This document shows positions 38,877 to 48,716 of a stretch of DNA of 64,000 nucleotides, in pieces. How positions within the stretch are numbered: the stretch's first letter is position 1; each line of letters begins with the position of its first letter. The translations under genes were made by a program, and so were the position numbers. The notes beneath the pieces were generated by a model. It searched no databases, was not told the DNA's origin, and was given only the letters and a program-made list of their open reading frames with translations. Source of the stretch: a virus (Duplodnaviria > Caudoviricetes); the IMG/VR virus record IMGVR_UViG_3300044723_007969; one strand, written 5' to 3'.

Positions 38877-39889
38877 TCAGCAAAACCGTGTAAAACCGAT
38901 ATCCTAGCACCTGCGTGTGCGGCCTCACCAAAGTCTATGGTTGTACCGGTTATGGTGTAGTTCTGTGTTGGTTCCTGCATCACTCCATCTATGTATACCA
39001 CAATGTTTTCAACCCCCGAAGGTGAAGTGCTCATTGTGAATGACTGTGTTGATCCGTCACCTGCGAATATATCCTTAACGACATTGTCCGCATCGTAGTC
39101 TGTCCTTAGGTTGGTGAACGTGGATCCGTCCTGGGAAACCTCGTACCTACCTGTTTCGGTGTTGAACCTTAGTACACCTTCTTGTGCAGATGGTCTCTGT
39201 GCTGTTGTGCCTGTTGGTACTATGATGCCTGTGTTTGCTTGGAACACGTACTGTCCTGTTCCTGACGTGTCAAACTCCATGTCGGCGTTGGAACTGGTTG
39301 TTGAAACCTGGTTGCCAGAGAATGAAAAGTCACCTGTGTCTGACACGTTGTTCTGTAATCCTAACGTTCCTGTGTATCTTGCTCCAGATACGTAAACTGA
39401 TTTGCCTGAGAAGTTTACTCCATCGGGCAAGTTGGTACCGATAAAATGTAAAACGCCGGATTGATAGTCAAAGAAATATTCATCATTGGCACCCGAACCT
39501 GCGGCAAAAACTTGATTGCTTATGTTAGCGGCGTTACCGGCATCTGACGACGTGTGTATGTAAACTTTCACACCATACGTTGCCCCGAACTCCGGTGGTA
39601 TCCAGTCAGTCAGCCCTGTCTTCCATGACCTACTTGTGGTTGATGTTGTGTCAGCGGTTGTTTCGTTTGGTGTGCCTGTTGGATAGACGGTTACCACACC
39701 TGAACTTGATCCCGGCATGGTTGCTGGTATTAGATTCGCTTGGTTCCAAGTCTTGTCACCCCTCAACAATAATGGAGATGCAATGGCTTCGTTGGGTGCC
39801 GCCTTGTTGGCATTTGTGTCCGTCTTGGTCGCACCATAACCGATCTTCTTCCAAAGGTAGTCTACTTTTTTTGCATCTGCTATTGCCAT
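38873..39889 (-). CDS. structural/fibre-associated protein
   Basis: Contains PTGTTAQRP and GDGSTQSF/QEPTQNY modules shared with neighbours. Confidence 0.7.
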   Translation of the reverse strand: MAIADAKKVDYLWKKIGYGATKTDTNANKAAPNEAIASPLLLRGDKTWNQANLIPATMPGSSSGVVTVYPTGTPNETTADTTSTTSRSWKTGLTDWIPPEFGATYGVKVYIHTSSDAGNAANISNQVFAAGSGANDEYFFDYQSGVLHFIGTNLPDGVNFSGKSVYVSGARYTGTLGLQNNVSDTGDFSFSGNQVSTTSSNADMEFDTSGTGQYVFQANTGIIVPTGTTAQRPSAQEGVLRFNTETGRYEVSQDGSTFTNLRTDYDADNVVKDIFAGDGSTQSFTMSTSPSGVENIVVYIDGVMQEPTQNYTITGTTIDFGEAAHAGARISVLHGFAD

Positions 39890-42800
39890 TACTCTGCTAC
39901 TCCCACTGACAGTGCCGTAACGCTGTCACCTGAATTCAATTTTATTCTGACCAAACAAGTGTTACCCACAGAGTTTGCTAGACTTTCCGTACCGAGTGTG
40001 AACGTGAACTGTTCATTTGAATATGTTGTGTTGTCTACGACTCTGTCACCACCTGTCTTGGCACATCCGTTTGATCCATTGCCTCCGTTACCGGTGTCTG
40101 CTCCTGGCACACCTGCACCAGCATATTGTGACGAACAATCCAGCCAACCATTTGCATCTGATGCCGAGTCGATTGCGGTACCTGGCATTGCAATAAACAT
40201 TCCTGACACCCTGCCCGACATAGTTATTGAGAACTGCGATACTGGAGTTCTCCTGAATGCGAACGTGTAGTACTGTGCCTCGCCGCCGTCCCTTGATGTG
40301 TTTAAATCAGGACCAACGGGTAGGTATCCCGAACTCAAGTCTGTGGTGAAGTGTTTAATCGTTCCGAATCTTGATATGGCTTCGGTAGTCCCCGCCACAG
40401 TAACAGCACCAGACCAAGCGTTGCTAGTGTAGTAATTAGTGGCTGAGTTGAAAGAAGGTGTGTCTGACGAGGACCCGAACCCTGTTATTCTTAGAGCATC
40501 GTCAGTGTGTGTACTGCCGTCCCCTAGAGAATCTGATACAGTTATACCGCCGGCTTCATTGTCTAATGTTGCTAATGTCCCACGATATACTTGAATTTTT
40601 GTTGCACTTGAATTATATGCTCCTGTTCCGTTTGCATTTTTACTTCTTGCTCTGATAGTTTTAACCGATTTCACATTGGTTGCGGTACTAATAGGAACTG
40701 TTACTGCTCCTATTGTGTAAGCACTGCCAACACCAATGTCCGTCTTAGGAATGTTTGAACTTAACATGGTAGTTGAACCATCTACCTGTGCGTATGTGTA
40801 CGCAGAATCTGTAATAGCATCATCTGACGTCGACTCTTGGTTGGTGTCGTTGTGTACTTGATGAGGTGAGTTGGTGTCTTGGTATGCTTGTCCTGTGAAG
40901 TTTGCAATGGTTGTACCAGTGACTGTGACTGTTGGTGATCCTGTGTTGTAGTATGGTACACCTGACACATAACGTTTGGATCCTGCTGTGCCTTCTGCCA
41001 CTGTTCCTATTGCTGTTGTGGGAACAGCAGTTATGTCATCTCTGACAACGTGTACAATGTTCGTGTTACCACCTGCTGAACTTTCTAGTCTTTGTGCATT
41101 TGATCCTACACTGTAATCTGTCAACGCTTCAGTAATTTTTGCAGTTGCCACTAAAAACATTCTTTGTGGTAATGTTAACACTTCATCTGCATCTCTATGG
41201 TTTGTAATTACAAGCGTGTCATCTGTTGTGTTGTTTGCTCCACCTTCTGCTGTTGTGAATGTTCTAGCACCCTTGCTGGCATTGTTAATTTTTGCAGTAA
41301 GTGTTTGGTTCACAGTTGATCCTGTGCCATTTGAATTGTTTGTTAAGAAGTTTGTACACGTATTTGTGTTTATTGTACCACTTGTATAACGTCTTGCTGT
41401 TGTTGTGTTTAAAGAGTCACCTGCCGATTGTGACGTGAATGAACTCGAGTTGTCTGTGAATCCATGACATAATTTTGGTGATGTACCTTGTGCAGAATCA
41501 CTCAATGTCAAACTTACCGCTGACAAATTTTGAGGTGCACTTGGTGTTGAATTCATCTGCCAATTGATAGTTTCCTCGTCGTCTTGGAAGATCGTGTCGG
41601 GTGTGCCATGAGCTCTCACCCTTGTCGTGAAGTTACCTGCACTTGTACCTGAGAAGTTTTTAGACAGGGTAGCACCTATGCTTCCTGCATTAGATCCATT
41701 CTCTGCAATAGTTGTTAAGTCACTGGAATCATCCTTGAAATCATAGTCATAATTGTCCGCATTCTGTGAAGTATTCGTGAAAGTTGTCAGTGCTCTGTTG
41801 GCCCCATCTAGGTCAACTACATCGTACAAGTCATACTGGTTGTCTCCACTTTTGGTTGAAACCACGTTTGACGTAGCGGCAATGTTCGCTCTCACGTCTG
41901 GCTCAACAATGATGTTTAAGTTTGCCGTATAAGGCGATCCTGTGTGTCCGTTTGCCAATGATAATGAAGTATTATAAGTTACAGTTGTTCCACCACTCTG
42001 TTGTCCACTAGTTAAATTGAAGGTGTTGTTGATTGTGTTACCTGTGTCACCTGACGATCCCGAACCAACTGCAACCACAGTGTTTGAATCTCCTTCTCCA
42101 AAGTTCCAAGTGTACTGTTGTGTTGCTGAAAAACTCGAATTCGCCCCCGGAAGTGTCGCTGTGTTGTTTGTGAATGTAACAGGAAAACCGTTCGTTGCTT
42201 CTTCATTGATTCCTCTGACACTGTTTGCGGCATAGGCCGCCGTGTGTGCTGAGTAAACTTCAAAGTTACTTGTTGCCTGTGCTGGTACCACAGCCGGGTC
42301 TGCTGTTGTGTGTGTTAGTAGTCTTAATTTGATTTGATATTTGGTATCACCTGTGCCTGTACCTGCAACTGTTGAACCATCATCGTTTGCACTGTTGTTG
42401 TAAGTGTGTGCTAATCTTGTTCCGCCATTAGTTGATGATCCGCCAGCGACGCCATTATCGCCTGTAACATCATTTTCTGAGGTGTCGCCCCAATCAATAT
42501 TATATGTTGTACTTGCGCCTGCAACATTTGTAGTATTATTTTGTAGATACACTGTGTCACCACTGTTGGCTGTTGTAATTGGTGAACCTCCTGATGCGGC
42601 CGCATATATGGCAAACGCAGGTACCGGTTGTGATGTGTACACTGTGATAACTTGGTTGGTTTGTGAATCACCTGAGTTTGCAAATGATCCTGAAGAACCT
42701 GATACTGCTGTGTTGTTGTATGCTTTAACAGAAATTGTGTAAGGCTGTCCAGAGTTTTCATCATAGTCATGGAATGGTGTTGTGGTAGTAACAGTTTGTA

Positions 42801-43611
42801 CTGCTGTGCCATCTCCCCAATTGACATCATATCTGTTTGCTCCGCCGCCGATGGCTGATATATTTAAAGTAACTCTTGTGCCTAATGATCCTGCTGTTGG
42901 GTTTGCTGTGTATGTTACACTTTTAACATACGTTGAATTTCTAATATTTTCCATAGTTTCATTTAATCCATCTATGGCATCTGTAACTTTTGTTGTTGAA
43001 GTCAATGAAGTTAATGCACCATCTCCAAATGTTGAGTCGTCTGGTGTAGATAGATCTGTATCCATGCCGGTCACTGCCGCAATCGCACTTGAAAGATTGC
43101 TTGATAAAGTACCTGAAAGAGAAGTTACTGAATCGTCTACATACTTTTTAGTTGATGCATCTGAGTTTGCAGTCGGCTCTCCTACTTCTACTTTTGATAA
43201 TGTAACAGCACCAAAGTCTGTTGTGGTTGATCCATCTTGTGTTGTTGTTCCAAATTTGAATTTTGTTGTGTTTTCGTCCCAAAGCATCATGGCATTGTTG
43301 CCTGCCGCTCCTCTGTTGATCATTACTCCTGAATCATTGCCCACCGATCCTGAGCTGTTCAGGACGATCATGTTGTCTTCTATGGATAAATTTTGTGAGT
43401 CTATTGTGGTTGTGGTACCAGTGACTGTAAGGTCACCAGCAATTCTCGTATTACCGGCAACATCTAATGCAAAATTACCAGGAGATGCTGTACCTACACC
43501 TATTCTACCGTTGGCAACATCAAGATGTAGGAGGGTGTCGTTGAACGACAGATCCGTGCTACGGATAAGGTTCGATTCTAAGGTTTCGCCTGCTATCTTG
43601 TTTATTGCCAT
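39889..43611 (-). CDS. large PKD/Ig-like repeat structural protein
   Basis: MAINKIAG N-terminus; VNWGDG, IDWGDT and WNFGEG PKD-type motifs; S/T/G-rich. Confidence 0.75.
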   Translation of the reverse strand: MAINKIAGETLESNLIRSTDLSFNDTLLHLDVANGRIGVGTASPGNFALDVAGNTRIAGDLTVTGTTTTIDSQNLSIEDNMIVLNSSGSVGNDSGVMINRGAAGNNAMMLWDENTTKFKFGTTTQDGSTTTDFGAVTLSKVEVGEPTANSDASTKKYVDDSVTSLSGTLSSNLSSAIAAVTGMDTDLSTPDDSTFGDGALTSLTSTTKVTDAIDGLNETMENIRNSTYVKSVTYTANPTAGSLGTRVTLNISAIGGGANRYDVNWGDGTAVQTVTTTTPFHDYDENSGQPYTISVKAYNNTAVSGSSGSFANSGDSQTNQVITVYTSQPVPAFAIYAAASGGSPITTANSGDTVYLQNNTTNVAGASTTYNIDWGDTSENDVTGDNGVAGGSSTNGGTRLAHTYNNSANDDGSTVAGTGTGDTKYQIKLRLLTHTTADPAVVPAQATSNFEVYSAHTAAYAANSVRGINEEATNGFPVTFTNNTATLPGANSSFSATQQYTWNFGEGDSNTVVAVGSGSSGDTGNTINNTFNLTSGQQSGGTTVTYNTSLSLANGHTGSPYTANLNIIVEPDVRANIAATSNVVSTKSGDNQYDLYDVVDLDGANRALTTFTNTSQNADNYDYDFKDDSSDLTTIAENGSNAGSIGATLSKNFSGTSAGNFTTRVRAHGTPDTIFQDDEETINWQMNSTPSAPQNLSAVSLTLSDSAQGTSPKLCHGFTDNSSSFTSQSAGDSLNTTTARRYTSGTINTNTCTNFLTNNSNGTGSTVNQTLTAKINNASKGARTFTTAEGGANNTTDDTLVITNHRDADEVLTLPQRMFLVATAKITEALTDYSVGSNAQRLESSAGGNTNIVHVVRDDITAVPTTAIGTVAEGTAGSKRYVSGVPYYNTGSPTVTVTGTTIANFTGQAYQDTNSPHQVHNDTNQESTSDDAITDSAYTYAQVDGSTTMLSSNIPKTDIGVGSAYTIGAVTVPISTATNVKSVKTIRARSKNANGTGAYNSSATKIQVYRGTLATLDNEAGGITVSDSLGDGSTHTDDALRITGFGSSSDTPSFNSATNYYTSNAWSGAVTVAGTTEAISRFGTIKHFTTDLSSGYLPVGPDLNTSRDGGEAQYYTFAFRRTPVSQFSITMSGRVSGMFIAMPGTAIDSASDANGWLDCSSQYAGAGVPGADTGNGGNGSNGCAKTGGDRVVDNTTYSNEQFTFTLGTESLANSVGNTCLVRIKLNSGDSVTALSVGVAE

Positions 43612-43674
43612 AATACTACATTCATATTTACCAGAACGTCACACGGTTGGAAACACACACTAAATAGTCATTAT

Positions 43675-44541
43675 ATGGCACTATTACCTATCAACAAATC
43701 GGACAAAGTATCTAAATCTAGAATCGCTATACAGCAGATAGATCTACACAACAATGCTATAAGTGGAGATGTGATTGATGGCGGAACAATAACGAATTTC
43801 AACTCCACCGGGATCAAAGACACCGCAGATTCTATAAATTTAGTGGTCAACAATGACGTTGTCGAAGTTGCATCGGATCTAAACGTCAAAGGCACAATCA
43901 GGGTAGAGAATCTAGAATACGTGTCAGCACAGGTCCCTAAGTTGAATGTCACCGAAGCAGTAATGGTTGATCACAACGAAGTGCTTTGGAAGGACAGACT
44001 GGGAAAAAGTGTAACAAAAAGTCACTTATCCGAATTGGGCATACTTAAAAATTTACAAGTGCGTAATACTTTCTACGTAGCAGATGGTAGGGTAGGAGTG
44101 AACACAACGGCCCCTAGTGCAGACTTCTCTGTGAACTCGGGTGGCTATGAAATAATAACAACAATGCAGGAGTCAAATGCATATGTTGGCACTCACACCC
44201 ATGTTGCTTTTGCCATAGGAACAGACAACACACCGAGAGTCACATGTAGAGCAAACGGAGATGTGGTCGTTGGAACAGAGACAGGCAGACCCATAAACAT
44301 GAGTGTGTATGGTCAGGTCGGCGTCAATGTCAAATATCCCCAAGAAAGCCTGCACGTGGACGGAAACATCAAATTCGCAGAGAGAACATTTGCTTCTGGA
44401 CAGAAAGAACCAACTGAAGGTAGATGGGACACAGGTTCTGTGATTTGGAATGAGAAGCCTGCGTTGAACCAACCAGTTGGATGGGTTTGTCTTAAAGGTG
44501 GCAAGCCGGGTAACTGGCGTCCCTTTGGTATAATTTACTAG
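43675..44541 (+). CDS. putative structural beta-rich protein
   Basis: RVGVNT and QVGVNV repeats; C-terminal PVGWVC..GG.PGNW module; late promoter upstream. Confidence 0.6.
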   Translation: MALLPINKSDKVSKSRIAIQQIDLHNNAISGDVIDGGTITNFNSTGIKDTADSINLVVNNDVVEVASDLNVKGTIRVENLEYVSAQVPKLNVTEAVMVDHNEVLWKDRLGKSVTKSHLSELGILKNLQVRNTFYVADGRVGVNTTAPSADFSVNSGGYEIITTMQESNAYVGTHTHVAFAIGTDNTPRVTCRANGDVVVGTETGRPINMSVYGQVGVNVKYPQESLHVDGNIKFAERTFASGQKEPTEGRWDTGSVIWNEKPALNQPVGWVCLKGGKPGNWRPFGIIY

Positions 44542-44553
44542 AAATATTTTTTA

Positions 44554-45030
44554 TTATTCGCCTAGTTTAGCAAGGCCGTGAACTATTGTGACTATGTGTC
44601 CACCTGTGGCGCCGTCGTTTCCTGGAGGTGCTGAACCAAAAGTGATCTGTGCCGCTGTGCCTGTACCTGATATGGAATAGTTTGTTGTTGGTACCTGGTA
44701 TACACCACCAACGAATACCATTATGTCTGTTGCATCACTGACACCTACTGAGAAAGTTGCAGTCGATGAATCATCTATGCTTGAACCTGCACCGTTTCCA
44801 AAAACGGTAGTAGATCCATCACCCTGGAATCTGTCTATTGTGATTGTTTTCTGTCTTGATGCTTCTGATATGTTGTACCAGGCCGCACCATTGTATGCTT
44901 GATACGTTGAAGTAGTTTTGTTGTAGAGTATCTGTCCATTAGATCCTGATGGTCTTTGAGCTGTTGTGACGCTTGGAATTTCTACTGTGGACCCTTGTGT
45001 CAACTCTGGGTTTTTAGCATATCTACCCAT
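44554..45030 (-). CDS. small structural protein
   Basis: TTAQRPSG and GDGSTTVF/VYQVPTTNY modules. Confidence 0.65.
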   Translation of the reverse strand: MGRYAKNPELTQGSTVEIPSVTTAQRPSGSNGQILYNKTTSTYQAYNGAAWYNISEASRQKTITIDRFQGDGSTTVFGNGAGSSIDDSSTATFSVGVSDATDIMVFVGGVYQVPTTNYSISGTGTAAQITFGSAPPGNDGATGGHIVTIVHGLAKLGE

Positions 45031-45035
45031 GGTTA

Positions 45036-45347
45036 TTATAATCCTATAGTTGAGATAGTTGCGTTAAACTGTGCCGCTGAATCTGGAGCCGCTATCCAAA
45101 CTTTAGCACCCGATTCTAAAATCATTTTCTCTGTGTCTATGATATAAGTGTCTCTGGCTTTGATCGTCAATTGAGAATACACTAGATGGTTAGCAGTTGC
45201 TGATACACCATTTGGTGTTACATATACGTCAACTGTTCCGTCGCCGTCTGTTTTATTTGTAATGTAAATCACTGTAACTGCCGTGTCCGCAGACGCAGTG
45301 AAGGCCGCTGTTACCGCCGTTCCTACTTGAAAATTTGTTATTGCCAT
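45036..45347 (-). CDS. small structural protein
   Basis: 103-aa beta-rich ORF in the late operon. Confidence 0.6.
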   Translation of the reverse strand: MAITNFQVGTAVTAAFTASADTAVTVIYITNKTDGDGTVDVYVTPNGVSATANHLVYSQLTIKARDTYIIDTEKMILESGAKVWIAAPDSAAQFNATISTIGL

Positions 45348-45350
45348 ATC

Positions 45351-46193
45351 TTATCCTAACGCAATGGCCAATGCCGTTGCTTTGCTTTTACTTATCAGTT
45401 CTCCTACGGTGCCAGTTGCGATGTTTGAGTTTCTAAAATAGAGACCAGTTCCTCCGCCACCTGCTGTTTTGTTGTATAATATTGTTTGTGCTGTTGCTGT
45501 TGGATCTGTTGCCATTGCTGAAAATGTTAGTGTGTCGTTAACGACCACGTTACCAGTTCCGCTGGCTTTCAATACAAGATCATCATTGGATCTTGTGGCT
45601 GTCACAACATTATCAACTATTGATACAGCATCGTTGGCTATTGAAGTTGTTGCTGTGATGTTGCCTGTGACTGCTAATACTGTTCCGTCAAATGTTAAAT
45701 TTGCTTCGCCTTGTATTGCGTCCGGACCAGTGATAGTTGTCACTTGATTGTTTGTTGAACCCGATAAACTTACACTACTCGTAGAGTCTACATAAGTTTT
45801 TGTTGCCGCATCTGATCCTGCTGTTGGTTCAGCAACCTGTATTTTTGCCAGTGCCGTATCTACTATCGCATTACCGGTGCCATCTGATGTTGTTGTGACT
45901 GCTTTAAAAACATCGTCACCCTCGTTCCAGTAGATCGCCGCGTTGTTGGCCGCACCTCTGTTTATTAGTATACCTGCGTCAATGTCTGACGGAGTTGAAT
46001 TGTTTCTGCTTAGGATTATGATAGGGTCTTCAATAGTAAGTGATGCTGTGTCTATGACTGTGTTCGTTCCTTCAACGTCGAGGTCACCTTTGACAACAAC
46101 TCTTCTTGAATCTAAGACAATATCTTTTGTACCTGCCGCACCCGTGCCGGCTTGTATAGTGTAATCATCTGAGGTACGTAAATTCTTTGCCAT
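45351..46193 (-). CDS. fibre/structural protein
   Basis: GDLDVEGT...IEDPII and DAATKTYVD modules; ends ATALAIALG. Confidence 0.7.
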   Translation of the reverse strand: MAKNLRTSDDYTIQAGTGAAGTKDIVLDSRRVVVKGDLDVEGTNTVIDTASLTIEDPIIILSRNNSTPSDIDAGILINRGAANNAAIYWNEGDDVFKAVTTTSDGTGNAIVDTALAKIQVAEPTAGSDAATKTYVDSTSSVSLSGSTNNQVTTITGPDAIQGEANLTFDGTVLAVTGNITATTSIANDAVSIVDNVVTATRSNDDLVLKASGTGNVVVNDTLTFSAMATDPTATAQTILYNKTAGGGGTGLYFRNSNIATGTVGELISKSKATALAIALG

Positions 46194-46212
46194 TTGCTAT
46201 TATTTATGTAAG

Positions 46213-46240
46213 AAAAGGGGGAGCGTGTAACTCCCCCTTT
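46213..46240 (-). terminator. intrinsic terminator
   Basis: AAAGGGGGAG...CTCCCCCTTTT hairpin. Confidence 0.75.
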
Positions 46241-46258
46241 AAAGCACGTATTGTTCTA

Positions 46259-46693
46259 TTATCTAACGTCGATGTTCGCTTTGTCGGAATCCTGACCTTC
46301 GTCAGTACCCTCTGCTTTAAGCGTGTAAGGTTTGCTACCTTCAGCACCGCCGGCAGTTACATAATGAATTGTGTTGTTGAAGAACTTACTTACGTAAGCA
46401 ACTGTTGAGTCATCTAAGATAACTTGTACACAGAATTCACCAACGCCACTCGTGTTGTCGTTCGCGAGTGAACCTGGAGCAACTGCTTTAAGCATCATTA
46501 CTACTTCAGTTGAATCTTCTAAGTGTATCTTGAATAACCTAGATGATCTTTGTGCAACAACGTAAGCCACTGTGGAATCAACTTTTGCTCCACCGAATGG
46601 TCTGTAAGCCGTAACCGCAATTTTACCAGAAAGGTCTCCGCCGAATGCGCCAGAGGCTCCTGATATCTTGTTTTTGTTTATTGGTCTTCCCAT
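46259..46693 (-). CDS. hypothetical late protein (possibly abundant virion protein)
   Basis: Has its own late promoter, AGGAG RBS and terminator; lies near the capsid gene. Confidence 0.7.
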   Translation of the reverse strand: MGRPINKNKISGASGAFGGDLSGKIAVTAYRPFGGAKVDSTVAYVVAQRSSRLFKIHLEDSTEVVMMLKAVAPGSLANDNTSGVGEFCVQVILDDSTVAYVSKFFNNTIHYVTAGGAEGSKPYTLKAEGTDEGQDSDKANIDVR

Positions 46694-46700
46694 TTGTTTT

Positions 46701-46789
46701 CTCCTTTAAAGGAGTCCAATCCTAGTTCTCCTAGGTACGCGGTTGTTATCCGCATAAGTCTTCTACAGTGGTAGAAGTACGTTTGAACT
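46701..46789 (-). promoter_or_regulatory. structured 5' leader (4-way junction plus SD-sequestering hairpin)
   Basis: Four stems are visible and the G-U pairs are on the minus strand; see findings. Confidence 0.6.
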
Positions 46790-46874
46790 GTGTGTATTTA
46801 TTATTTTTTAGGAGTTATAAAGTGTGTGGTTAAAAGGCCGATTCAATATGTCTCCATCGTCGACCTTTAAGTGA

Positions 46875-46982
46875 TTAACCTTGAACTTCCGGTACAGGCT
46901 GACCTGACCAAAGCATCCATGCGAATACGATCACGACTACTGCCGCACCTATCCATAGTTTCTTGTCTTTTAAATGTTTCAT
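46875..46982 (-). CDS. 35-aa single-TM membrane peptide (not in the ORF track)
   Basis: MKHLKDKKLWIGAAVVVIVFAWMLWSGQPVPEVQG; AAGGAG RBS; TAAATA at 47000-47005. Confidence 0.7.
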   Translation of the reverse strand: MKHLKDKKLWIGAAVVVIVFAWMLWSGQPVPEVQG

Positions 46983-47072
46983 GATTATCTCCTTAACATT
47001 ATTTAATTAAAGAGTGGCGCAAGATTAAATGGCTCACACCACTCTGAGGTTACGTATTTCTAGATTTTTATA

Positions 47073-47306
47073 TTATTTTCTGTTGTAGATATGATATAAA
47101 ATCCAAACTGCGACCAATCCGATCAACCCTTGATCAGAAAAGCCTTTCAGTACGCCCTGGATGTTTCCGATTACCGAAACATTTGGCCAGAACGGAATAC
47201 CTTGACCATTGAAAAGGATTTCTAAAACAATCCCCAACGCAATTAAACTTACTCCTACGTCGGCAATAGATTTCGCCCATCCTTTTACTTTCATCATGAT
47301 ATCCAT
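47073..47306 (-). CDS. small two-TM membrane protein
   Basis: Two hydrophobic helices; GGGAGG RBS; TAAATA at 47352-47357. Confidence 0.75.
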   Translation of the reverse strand: MDIMMKVKGWAKSIADVGVSLIALGIVLEILFNGQGIPFWPNVSVIGNIQGVLKGFSDQGLIGLVAVWILYHIYNRK

Positions 47307-47455
47307 AATTGGACCTCCCTTTGATTTAAAGTTTCTTTCGAAACTCTGAATTATTTAGAAGTCTGCAACCAAAGTAAAACTACAACATTTGGTCTGCGGA
47401 TGGTATGGACACCAAAATAATTTTTAATAAGAGCGGTTAATGAAAATTAAGTCAC

Positions 47456-47485
47456 AAAAAAAGGGCGACCGAAGCCGCCCTTTTT
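47456..47485 (-). terminator. intrinsic terminator after the major capsid gene
   Basis: AGGGCGGC-TTCG-GTCGCCCT followed by a U tract. Confidence 0.9.
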
Positions 47486-47507
47486 GAAATAAAAATAAAC
47501 CTGAGGC

Positions 47508-48692
47508 TTATTTGAATTTTAAGTTTCCTGAAGTTACAGCAACTTTTCCAACGTAGTCAGCCGCGTTACCAAGAGATGATGCAGTGTTTGTTAACTCTAC
47601 ATAACCATATCTTGTTAAGAAACCTACTACCGGTTCGAAAGTTGATGGATCAAGAACAACGCCTGAAGACATTAAAGGTATGTAAGGACAATAGAACGCT
47701 GGAGCGTCTGCCTCACTTGCACCTTTGTAGCCAACTAGTACGTCTGTACTGTCTGCCGCGTAAGCGTCTACGTATACTCTCATCGCACCGTTTAAAGTTC
47801 CAACGAATTTAGTATTTGTTGGTGCTTCAAATGTACCCTCAGTCGATCTTGCGAATGCTGAAGTTGTTGCTGATTGAAGAATAGTTAAAGCAGTTGGAGA
47901 TACTACTGCGTAGTTTCCAGCGCCTCTTCTAGTTCTTGAAGCGATTTGGTTAGCAACTCTATTGATTAGAACAGCCAATGCCGCGTGTTCATCACCAACG
48001 AATGTTGCAGTACCTGATACAGCCGCTTGGTCAAAAGTCTCAGAAGCAGTTCCTGCCAATGTTCTTAATGATCCAATTACTTCTTGGTCGATCTCAGCAG
48101 TAATCTCTTGAGCTAATGCCGCCATGATTTCTGCTTCTACATCGATACCTTGTTGTGCTTGTGCATCTTGAGCCGCTTCAAAAGTCCATCTTGCTGATAG
48201 TTTTCTTGATTTAGCCTCAACCGCTTGTTTCAAGATTTGGATAGATAATCTCTTACCTGGTGTACCCTCTAACGCCGCTGTAGAAGAACCTTTTGCGTTT
48301 CCTTCTGTAGTGTCGTCTGCTTGGTTACCTGAGTAAGCTCTAGCAATCTTGAATGGAGATAATGCTTCTTCACCAGCCGTTGCGTTGTTGGCTACTGTGT
48401 CCGCGTATCTTATTCTTAGTGTGTGGATTTGACCTACAGGACCAGTCATCGGTTGTACACCAACGATCTCGTTCGCAATAACAGTCGGCATAACCCTTCT
48501 GATTACTGGTAGGATAACCCTGTTTAACGTAGCAACGTTACCGGCACTTGTTGCACCAGCAGTAGAAGCCTCAGACAAGTATCTTTTAGTGTTTTCTAAC
48601 ACTACGTCCATAGTCTTCTTCTTGTTACCTGCTAAACCTTCAGTTAGAGCGGCTTTAGTTTCGCCCCATTTTGATTCAAATATATCTGACAT
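47508..48692 (-). CDS. gp23: major capsid protein
   Basis: GVQPMTGP, VEAKSRKLSARWTFEAAQD, EITAEIDQE, FYCPYIPL and FEPVVGFLTRYG motifs. Confidence 0.97.
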   Translation of the reverse strand: MSDIFESKWGETKAALTEGLAGNKKKTMDVVLENTKRYLSEASTAGATSAGNVATLNRVILPVIRRVMPTVIANEIVGVQPMTGPVGQIHTLRIRYADTVANNATAGEEALSPFKIARAYSGNQADDTTEGNAKGSSTAALEGTPGKRLSIQILKQAVEAKSRKLSARWTFEAAQDAQAQQGIDVEAEIMAALAQEITAEIDQEVIGSLRTLAGTASETFDQAAVSGTATFVGDEHAALAVLINRVANQIASRTRRGAGNYAVVSPTALTILQSATTSAFARSTEGTFEAPTNTKFVGTLNGAMRVYVDAYAADSTDVLVGYKGASEADAPAFYCPYIPLMSSGVVLDPSTFEPVVGFLTRYGYVELTNTASSLGNAADYVGKVAVTSGNLKFK

Positions 48693-48716
48693 TTGTAATC
48701 TTCCTTTGTTTAGTTG

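Noticed and set aside
46713-46789. Cloverleaf read as a tRNA gene
   Set aside because: Lacks D- and T-loop consensus and CCA; retained as a leader structure instead
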